DNA of 16,212 nt from Candidatus Altiarchaeales archaeon. Lineage in GTDB: Archaea; Altiarchaeota; Altiarchaeia; IMC4; QMZM01. A program made the position numbers and the translations under genes. The stretch is taken from contig QMZG01000009.1 of NCBI GenBank assembly GCA_003663045.1, forward strand, positions 1 to 16,212, read 5' to 3'. This document shows, in pieces, positions 6,991 through 14,038 of the stretch; position 1 is the stretch's first letter, and every line of letters begins with the position of its first letter. The notes below the pieces were generated by a model. It worked only from the letters and a program-made list of their open reading frames with translations. It did no database searches and was not told the DNA's origin.

Positions 6991-8987
6991 TCATCATCTC
7001 TTCCAAATTCCTCTTCTTTCCTTTCTCTGGTATCTATACGGACATCAATAATGCTTCTCAAACCATCTTCTGTGTTAAACACAATAATTCCACTGTATAA
7101 TCTTCTTTCTATATCCTCTTTTGTAGTGATCACCATTTTTATTATCTTCTCTTCACCCCTCTCCAATCTGAATCTATTTTCCTTATAGTTTATAAATATT
7201 CCAGCTGTAAGTAGTTCTTCATCATATACTATAACCCTTGAGAATGAATGATCCTCATCGTTTCTTAAGGCGATTTCTACCAATCTGGTCTCACCGGGCT
7301 GAACATTCACAGTAAGGGATGGTGGTACCGGTTTTTGTGGCAGGGTTGCCGTGACTATCCCCTTTCTCCTCTTCCTGGGAACCTCGGATGGAGCACGAGA
7401 ACGTATCTCATCCATCATGTATGGCTTTGCCTTCTCTTCTGAGACAACCCTGAATCCGTATTCATCCCCGATATATTTTTCTATTGAGGTCTTTCTCTCC
7501 CTCGCTGCTTTGACAAGTAATTCATAAAGATTTTCATTTCTCTGAATCTTTTCTATGGGTATCTCGCCCTTGATATTCGCCATACCTCTTAATGCGTCCT
7601 TTAGGGTTGCCCTGATTGGCCTAATTGGAGCATGAGAGGGTATCTTCTCTTCTCTTGGCTTAACCCTCTTAGTGACTCCGGGTTTGATGTAAGGAACTCC
7701 CACTCTTACACCTTTTTTAGAAGTAATTTTGAATCCGTATTGTATATTAACAAATTCCTCTACTGACATCCTTTTCTCCCCTGCAACACGAATTAGTGAG
7801 TTATGAAGCCTCTCATTTTTTTGGATTTCCTCCAGGGATATTTCACCCCTGATGTTGGCCATCTTTTTTAATGTAGAACCAATCTCCTCTCTGGACAACT
7901 CTCCTTTCTCAACGACCCTCTCATAGCCCCTCACACCAACCGCTGCTCTTGGTTCTTCTTCGGGCTTTTCTTCCTCTTTTTTCTCAAGTTCTATCTCAGG
8001 TTTCTCGAAGAATACTATCATCGGCGCCAGAGACTCGATAAAGATTACTGAGATGACAGCAAATGCACCAAACCAATTCATTAACCCGAATATGATCAAT
8101 GGCGATATTATCAGTAGAAGGGCCCCAGAGATATTTACCAGATCAGAGATTTCCGGTATGAGGGTAGTAAGAATCTGACTACCTACAGCTATTATTACCA
8201 ATGCAAGGGCATATCCTACCGGAAGAAAGATCCAGAAGAGCAGTTGCTTTATGATTATCTTTCCTATGTTCTTTGTAAGATAGAACAAACTGAGGAATAT
8301 TGCAAATGGAAAAAATATGATTAAAAAGATTAAAAGGATGTATCTAGCAACTAAGATGGCAAATATACCTAAAGTTAAGATAAATGTGAATATCAAAAAG
8401 GGTATACTTATTGCTATATCAATCCAGATAAAATCTACCGTCCTATAATTTAGATAATCTATGGCATTCTTATATGTAATCCCTATATCTAAGGGCCCCT
8501 GGGATAGAATACCCCTAGTTAGAACCTGCGATACATCGAGTAGTAACTGCATTATATGTAGGGAAAGTGAAATGATAACCATACCCACCAACAGCCTTAA
8601 CATCATGGACTTTGCCCTTGATCTGCCTCTTGGTGATCCTGAAAAGAACATCAGATAGATCCCTGTCAGTACTATGGCTGCGATATAGAATGGCTCCAGG
8701 ACTTTGACGAAGTAACCCCCAATATCTATTATCATCGGGTCTCTTAACGGAATTTCTTCCAAGAGATATGCATGAAGGTTATCATAGATTTCATCCTTCA
8801 TAACATCTATCTTGCCCCAGATCATTCCCAAGAATGTCAACCTTCTTGATAGTTCTGAAAAGAATTTTAGTATGGCATCGGCAGTAGACTCAAGAAATTC
8901 ACCAAATTCTGGCGGAATTGCGTATGCTACAGATGATAAGAGTAATGATACCGCGAATATAAATATTATAAATGTTCTACATTTCAT
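6987..8987 (-). CDS. Polytopic membrane protein, paralog 5 of 5 (VirB6/TrbL/TcpH/CedA-like by architecture). It has a roughly 340-aa hydrophilic C-terminal extension containing an internally duplicated roughly 65-aa module. It is the last gene of the minus-strand operon.
   Basis: Signal peptide MKCRTFIIFIFAVSLLLSSVAYA. Family motifs VLEPFYIAAIVLTGIYLMFFSGSPRGRSRAKSMML and FFPFAIFLSLFYLTKNIGKIIIKQLLFWI, with at least 6 TM helices. After aa about 325 comes an acidic linker EKPEIELEKKEEEKPEEEPR. Two repeats follow: (aa 371-435) STLKKMANIRGEISLEEIQKNERLHNSLIRVAGEKRMSVEEFVNIQYGFKI and (aa 460-523) ATLKDALRGMANIKGEIPIEKIQRNENLYELLVKAARERKTSIEKYIGDEYGFRV. A predicted beta-rich domain and a DDD tail end the protein. 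The stop overlaps the convergent Mrr-PAP2 stop. Confidence 0.8.
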   Translation of the reverse strand: MKCRTFIIFIFAVSLLLSSVAYAIPPEFGEFLESTADAILKFFSELSRRLTFLGMIWGKIDVMKDEIYDNLHAYLLEEIPLRDPMIIDIGGYFVKVLEPFYIAAIVLTGIYLMFFSGSPRGRSRAKSMMLRLLVGMVIISLSLHIMQLLLDVSQVLTRGILSQGPLDIGITYKNAIDYLNYRTVDFIWIDIAISIPFLIFTFILTLGIFAILVARYILLIFLIIFFPFAIFLSLFYLTKNIGKIIIKQLLFWIFLPVGYALALVIIAVGSQILTTLIPEISDLVNISGALLLIISPLIIFGLMNWFGAFAVISVIFIESLAPMIVFFEKPEIELEKKEEEKPEEEPRAAVGVRGYERVVEKGELSREEIGSTLKKMANIRGEISLEEIQKNERLHNSLIRVAGEKRMSVEEFVNIQYGFKITSKKGVRVGVPYIKPGVTKRVKPREEKIPSHAPIRPIRATLKDALRGMANIKGEIPIEKIQRNENLYELLVKAARERKTSIEKYIGDEYGFRVVSEEKAKPYMMDEIRSRAPSEVPRKRRKGIVTATLPQKPVPPSLTVNVQPGETRLVEIALRNDEDHSFSRVIVYDEELLTAGIFINYKENRFRLERGEEKIIKMVITTKEDIERRLYSGIIVFNTEDGLRSIIDVRIDTRERKEEEFGRDDD

Positions 8988-10110
8988 TTTCTATTCTTTT
9001 CCCGCTCTCAAAGTATGCCGTTGTCATTGCTGCAGGCTTCAGGAAGATGGCCGATATCAGAGCAAGAGAACTTATCCAGCTCATTATTCCCATGGCTATT
9101 AATGGGGCAAGGATTAACATTAAAAATCCAGAGAATACCACAAAGGTGTTTAAATCCAGCAATACCCCTGTGGCAGGTTCCGGGATAGAGAATATGCTAT
9201 TATAGGCAATCCAGGTAACCAGGAGTATTATAGCATCGATAACTGGGACAAATATCCAGATAATTGTTTGATTAAGAAGGATTCTCCCAACCCTTTTGGT
9301 AGCAAAGAAGGAATAAAGCAGGATCGTAAATGGGAAGAATATTGTTAGGAGAATCACCATAAAATATCTGATCGCCAGCACCATGAGAACACCGGCCGGT
9401 AGGAGAATGAGTAGGGCTAAGAATGGAAGTCCAATAAAGATCTCAAAAAATGTCACTACCAAGAAGTATTTTATAAAGAATTCCTTAGCCAACATAAACA
9501 TCTCAACGTTTATGGGAGATTCCGGGCTGGGAATTGATAAAAGAACTGATGTAAGATAGTGGGAGGTCTCTAAGAGCATCTCTATTATGGGTAACGTTAA
9601 TGTGATAATCCCAAGCCCGAGAATCAGTTTTATGAGGGTGGATTTTGCCCGTGCCCTGCCCAGTGGCGATCCGGAAACGAAAAGGAGATATACTGAGGTT
9701 ATCAGTATGGCAAGCGCATAAAATGGTTGAAGTATACTGATAAAGAGATTTAGGATCCCCAAAACTGCAGGGGCCCTTAACAGTGCTGGTGTATCCTTTA
9801 TTGTATTTCCCTGAAAAAGATCCCTCTGGTATATGAAGGGGATGAGGTTTTCAGAATATATCTTCATTAGCGCATCAATTCTATCTGCGATATAAAAATA
9901 GAAATCTATCCGCCTCGTTATCTCCATGCCCATCTTTGGGTACTCTCTCGAGACCTCATCCATCAGATCCTTCAACTTTGATGCTAACGACGGTTCAAGT
10001 GCGGGGGAAGCATGCTGTGCCGTGACATGGATGATACTAACCGTAACCAGAAGCATGACAATTGCTAATCTTCCCATTATTTTTTCTTTACCTTTTCCAT
10101 TCATTTTCAA
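8977..10110 (-). CDS. Polytopic membrane protein, paralog 4 of 5 (VirB6/TrbL-like candidate). The track start is TTG 10110. ATG at 10104 (MNGKGKEK...) or 10077 (MGRLAIV...) is the more likely start.
   Basis: Signal peptide or TM GRLAIVMLLVTVSIIHVTAQHA. Family motifs ILQPFYALAILITSVYLLFVSGSPLGRARAKSTLIKL and FFPFTILLYSFFATKRVGRILLNQTIIWI, with multiple TM helices. It abuts the upstream paralog with no gap. GGGGG lies 8-12 nt upstream of ATG 10104. Confidence 0.8.
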   Translation of the reverse strand: MKMNGKGKEKIMGRLAIVMLLVTVSIIHVTAQHASPALEPSLASKLKDLMDEVSREYPKMGMEITRRIDFYFYIADRIDALMKIYSENLIPFIYQRDLFQGNTIKDTPALLRAPAVLGILNLFISILQPFYALAILITSVYLLFVSGSPLGRARAKSTLIKLILGLGIITLTLPIIEMLLETSHYLTSVLLSIPSPESPINVEMFMLAKEFFIKYFLVVTFFEIFIGLPFLALLILLPAGVLMVLAIRYFMVILLTIFFPFTILLYSFFATKRVGRILLNQTIIWIFVPVIDAIILLVTWIAYNSIFSIPEPATGVLLDLNTFVVFSGFLMLILAPLIAMGIMSWISSLALISAIFLKPAAMTTAYFESGKRIENEM

Positions 10111-11064
10111 TTAAGGCAAAAACCCCCTGAATAATCTTACAAATATGAAGGGGGTAAGCATTAACATCAACAAACCGGCCAATTCCATGATGAATTTTAA
10201 TCCAGTAGGAACGATAAAGCTCGTTATTAAATCTGTGAGATTCATTCCTATCGCTATTATAACGAGCACGAATGCCATCGCAGCCTGAGCTAATGTCCAG
10301 AGAAGTGTTTGTTCCAGTAGCAATCTTCCCATTCCCCGGGAGGGTAAAAAGGAATAGAGAAGGATTGTAAATGGCAATATCATGGAGAGGATAGCTACCA
10401 TGTAGAACCTCAATTTTAGGATAAGGAATATCCCCTCCAAAAGAGCATAAGGGATAAAGAGGAGGGGAATTCCGGCCCTCTCCACGCCCAGTGACCAGCC
10501 ACTGGCACTGTGCGACATTATATGCCTGCCCATGTTGAGTATATATTCCGTTGCATGTATAAAAGGATCATTCTTGTTTACCGGAGCCAATGATAGAATA
10601 TTTAGGGTAATTGCCTCCGAGATACCAAAGAATATCATCAGAATATAGGGCGAAACGGATATGATTGCAATGCCGATAATCAACAGTAATAGGGAGGATT
10701 TTGCACTGGCTCTCTTTTCTGGTGAGCCAGAAAAGAATATCAGGTAGATTCCAATGAGGATTATTACTGTAACATATATTGCCTGTAAAATGGAGATGAA
10801 GTAATCCATAATCTTCTTGGTATTTGATTCCAGTATTGAGGGATTCTCCAGTATCAGATCATCTATATTCCTAAGTGTTTCTATCTTTTCCATTATCAAC
10901 CTTTCGTAATTTTCAGATACCTTTTCTCTAAGGAATGCCTCCGCTGCCTCTTCGGTCAGTGGATAGATGATCCCCGATACCGAATTTGACAAAAACAGCA
11001 ATATTACAATAACTATCAATAATGAAATTCCTCTGATTTTTGGGTTGATTGAATCTTTTTTCAT
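10111..11064 (-). CDS. Polytopic membrane protein, paralog 3 of 5 (VirB6/TrbL-like candidate).
   Basis: Signal or TM LLIVIVILLFLSNSVSG. Motifs ILQAIYVTVIILIGIYLIFFSGSPEKRASAKSSLLLL and ILPFTILLYSFLPSRGMGRLLLEQTLLWT. C-terminal ...FVRLFRGFLP. The start ATG (11062-11064) overlaps the TGA of the upstream paralog (ATGA-type coupling). GGAGA lies 8 nt upstream. Confidence 0.82.
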   Translation of the reverse strand: MKKDSINPKIRGISLLIVIVILLFLSNSVSGIIYPLTEEAAEAFLREKVSENYERLIMEKIETLRNIDDLILENPSILESNTKKIMDYFISILQAIYVTVIILIGIYLIFFSGSPEKRASAKSSLLLLIIGIAIISVSPYILMIFFGISEAITLNILSLAPVNKNDPFIHATEYILNMGRHIMSHSASGWSLGVERAGIPLLFIPYALLEGIFLILKLRFYMVAILSMILPFTILLYSFLPSRGMGRLLLEQTLLWTLAQAAMAFVLVIIAIGMNLTDLITSFIVPTGLKFIMELAGLLMLMLTPFIFVRLFRGFLP

Positions 11065-11990
11065 GGTAAAAATCTCCTAACCATTGTTATTAGCATTATG
11101 GGTGATATGATTACCACCAGAAATGTTGATATACCTATTATAGTTCTTAGATCCCCGCTAAAGCCTAAAATAGTGATTCCCATATTTGCAGTCACTATAA
11201 GCAAGGCAATTATTACCTGGAGGAATGTCCACAATATGGTCTGTTCCACTATAAACCTGCCAATGTCCCTCGTTATGTTAAATGTATACAGGAAGATGCC
11301 TATGGGGAATATCAATGTGAAGATCAAAAGAAGGAGATATCTCAGAGTAAGAACAGAAAAGATACCTATTATCATGAAGAATATGAATAAAAGGAAGAGG
11401 TGACCCCCTTCGAATGTGGTTAATGTGGATGCAGTAAAGATTCTCACAAGATCATTTATTGTGTCCAGGAATATCCTCCCTATCCCCACTGGACTCTTAT
11501 CCAGTATATCCTTAGACAATTCATAGGAAACATTTGAAATCAGTTGCAGTATGGGGAAGGTGAGGGAAACAATTACCATACTGGCAATCAACTTGGGAAA
11601 GAGTAATTTCGCTTTTCTTCTACCCTTTGGCGATCCGGAAAGAAACATTAGGTAGATTCCAGTAATTAATATTGCCATAACATATAATGGTTCTAAGACG
11701 GTGATGAAGTATTCTATTATATGATTTATCAGATGATCATCAAGTGGGGGATTCATCAGGATTAAATCACGCAGACTATCAAAGATTTCCAATAATCCAT
11801 GACCTACCGGTTTTCCAATAAACGTCCCATGGAGCAGGTAATAGATAAGCAGGATGAATATCCCCCTGAATTTTAATTCGATTGCTTCATGCTTCACGGC
11901 CATTTCCCCAAACCATTCTGAGGTTATTGAGGGGATTAATATGATGCAGATGCATACCCCCATTATCAATTTTTTATTTATTTTTCTCAT
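11061..11990 (-). CDS. Polytopic membrane protein, paralog 2 of 5 (VirB6/TrbL-like candidate).
   Basis: Signal or TM LIMGVCICIILIPSITSE. Motifs VLEPLYVMAILITGIYLMFLSGSPKGRRKAKLLFPKL and FPIGIFLYTFNITRDIGRFIVEQTILWT. C-terminal ...MVRRFLP. 4-nt overlaps at both ends (11061-11064, 11987-11990). Confidence 0.82.
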   Translation of the reverse strand: MRKINKKLIMGVCICIILIPSITSEWFGEMAVKHEAIELKFRGIFILLIYYLLHGTFIGKPVGHGLLEIFDSLRDLILMNPPLDDHLINHIIEYFITVLEPLYVMAILITGIYLMFLSGSPKGRRKAKLLFPKLIASMVIVSLTFPILQLISNVSYELSKDILDKSPVGIGRIFLDTINDLVRIFTASTLTTFEGGHLFLLFIFFMIIGIFSVLTLRYLLLLIFTLIFPIGIFLYTFNITRDIGRFIVEQTILWTFLQVIIALLIVTANMGITILGFSGDLRTIIGISTFLVVIISPIMLITMVRRFLP

Positions 11991-12919
11991 GGTAAGAAAT
12001 CCCTCAAAAAGCTTACGGTAGCTATAGGGACCACTATCAGGGCTATAATTCCTCCCAATTCCAACAAAATCAATACCTCACGCGTCAACAAGGAGGAAAA
12101 CACCACGATTATGGTAGCTATTGAGGTTAATGCTATTGCCTCCGTTACCTGTACAGAAATCCAGAGCAGTGTTTGTTCCATCATCCTTCTGCCTATCCCT
12201 CTGGTAGGCATGAAGAGATAGAGGAATATCGTCAATGGGAATACTATGGTAAATAGAGCAACGACGATATACCTTGAAAATATAACAAACAGGAGTGCAG
12301 AAATAATTATCAGAGAAAGAAACAGAAATGGTACCGATGCCTCTGAAGAATACCATGTGATATTATGAAATTTTGACATAAGATAATCTATTGGATTTAT
12401 GTCTTTATCTAAGGGTAGTAGAATGCCTACAGGATCACCCGGTCCCTGAGATATTATACCATCCGATAGGGTTTCAGAAAAACTGAAAATCACACTCATT
12501 ATATACGGTGAGATAGCAATTAATACCATTGCTATAATAATTCCCGGTAATAAAGATTTTATCTTTGCCCTGATTCCGGGCGAACCAGAAAAAAATATCA
12601 TATATATCCCACTGAAGATTATGGCAAAGACAAACAATGGCTCCATGATGGTCACAATATATCTGGTAATACCCAAGACATCTGGATTCATTGGGTTCGG
12701 ATTCAGTAGCAATATCTCCACAAAATGATCCCTGCATATATCCATGGCATATACTACAAGATCCTCACCAATCTTGTTAAGATTCATTCTCAGAAGAAAA
12801 TCTAATAGTACCTTAACTGCTGCCGCTTCCCCAATGAAAGCTGACGATGATGATGCGAGGAATAAAACTACTATAACCGGGAATGTTAATTTAAACAAGA
12901 TCTTCCTTATTGACTTCAT
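11987..12919 (-). CDS. Polytopic membrane protein, paralog 1 of 5 (VirB6/TrbL-like candidate).
   Basis: Signal peptide LTFPVIVVLFLASSSSAFIGEAAA. Motifs IMEPLFVFAIIFSGIYMIFFSGSPGIRAKIKSLLPGI (nt about 12553-12594) and VFPLTIFLYLFMPTRGIGRRMMEQTLLWI. C-terminal ...SFLRDFLP. Start ATG is at 12917-12919, 12 nt after the upstream gene. Confidence 0.82.
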   Translation of the reverse strand: MKSIRKILFKLTFPVIVVLFLASSSSAFIGEAAAVKVLLDFLLRMNLNKIGEDLVVYAMDICRDHFVEILLLNPNPMNPDVLGITRYIVTIMEPLFVFAIIFSGIYMIFFSGSPGIRAKIKSLLPGIIIAMVLIAISPYIMSVIFSFSETLSDGIISQGPGDPVGILLPLDKDINPIDYLMSKFHNITWYSSEASVPFLFLSLIIISALLFVIFSRYIVVALFTIVFPLTIFLYLFMPTRGIGRRMMEQTLLWISVQVTEAIALTSIATIIVVFSSLLTREVLILLELGGIIALIVVPIATVSFLRDFLP

Positions 12920-12931
12920 TTTTCTAAAGGG

Positions 12932-14038
12932 TTATTTTCTGATGAATTTGAAATATCCCGCTACCAAGATTATCACAGAGATTAAGAGTATCAGGTAATT
13001 GAGCCATTCCACTTTCATGCAATCTGGATCTTCTCCACTCTTACAGTCTGGATCACATTTTCCATCCTCTACCTTATCACAGTAACCATCCTCTCCTCCA
13101 GAAGCACAGTCTTGAGGACAATTGAGATAATTTTCAATACCCATCTCACAGATGTTGTCGTTATTGCAGATACAATCTATATCCCCCTCCCTATGACAGT
13201 CGGGGTCACATATCCCATCTCTTATTCCATCACAATAATTGTCCCTGGAGCCAGAACAGTCCTCTGGACAATTCCAGTAGTTTTCACCATGGTCACAGAC
13301 ACCATTTTTATTGCAGGTTTCTATTACGATAACCTCTATCGTATCTTTTACGGAGATATTCTCAAAATCGATAACCTCAAGGGTAATCTTATGAATTCCA
13401 GCAGAGAGATTATCAATCCTCGTTATATCTTTATCTAATTCCTTCCCATCCAATTTCCAGATAAGGGTATATGGCTTTTTACCACCATAGACAGAGGGAA
13501 TCAGGTTGATGAAATCCCCCCTTAGGTATGTAGTATTCTTTGGCGATAGGATAGATACTGTTAAAGGAATTTTCTTTATTACTACCAGAGAGATATCCTC
13601 CCTTACCTCCAAACCGGTACTATCCCGGACCTTGAGGGTAATCTCATGCGTGTTCACAGACAGGTTCTTTATAGTGAATTCTCTATCTCTTCCTATAACC
13701 CCGTCTATATTCGATACCCATTCAAATCTGTAGGGTGGTGTGCCACCAAATACAAACGCCTCAAAGTTTATAGGACCTTCTTCATAGATGTGTGGATAAC
13801 CAAATGGAGATATAATAGATGCCGTGAGTTTTTGGGTTATACCCTCGTCCCCTACTAATTCATCCAATGGATCTGGAGTAATTTTAATATTTTCATGACT
13901 TGTATTATCTGGATCTAATTCGGGATATGCGGGATGAGAGTGGTAGGAATGGCATCTCTCACAGACTCCCCCAGCGTAATAAATTAATGCAAGCAGCATT
14001 ACTACTATTTCTATTCCGGTTGTCATAATCCTCCTCAT
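12932..14038 (-). CDS. Secreted/surface protein. It has an N-terminal signal-anchor, two PKD/Ig-like domains ('GGxPPYxFxW' type), a duplicated Cys/Asp-rich module pair (candidate Ca-binding, TSP3/EGF-like), and a C-terminal TM anchor.
   Basis: N-terminus TGIEIVVMLLALIYYAGG. PKD-like signatures FVFGGTPPYRFEWVSNIDG and YGGKKPYTLIWKLDGKEL. Sequons include NLS, NTT and NIS. The Cys-rich array at aa 242-340 (nt 13019-13315) is built as [CNKNGVCDHGENYWNCPEDCSG + DNYCDGIRDGICDPDCHREGDIDC] then [CNNDNICEMGIENYLNCPQDCASG + DGYCDKVEDGKCDPDCKSGEDPDC]. C-terminal TM WLNYLILLISVIILVAGYF followed by KFIRK. Confidence 0.8.
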   Translation of the reverse strand: MRRIMTTGIEIVVMLLALIYYAGGVCERCHSYHSHPAYPELDPDNTSHENIKITPDPLDELVGDEGITQKLTASIISPFGYPHIYEEGPINFEAFVFGGTPPYRFEWVSNIDGVIGRDREFTIKNLSVNTHEITLKVRDSTGLEVREDISLVVIKKIPLTVSILSPKNTTYLRGDFINLIPSVYGGKKPYTLIWKLDGKELDKDITRIDNLSAGIHKITLEVIDFENISVKDTIEVIVIETCNKNGVCDHGENYWNCPEDCSGSRDNYCDGIRDGICDPDCHREGDIDCICNNDNICEMGIENYLNCPQDCASGGEDGYCDKVEDGKCDPDCKSGEDPDCMKVEWLNYLILLISVIILVAGYFKFIRK

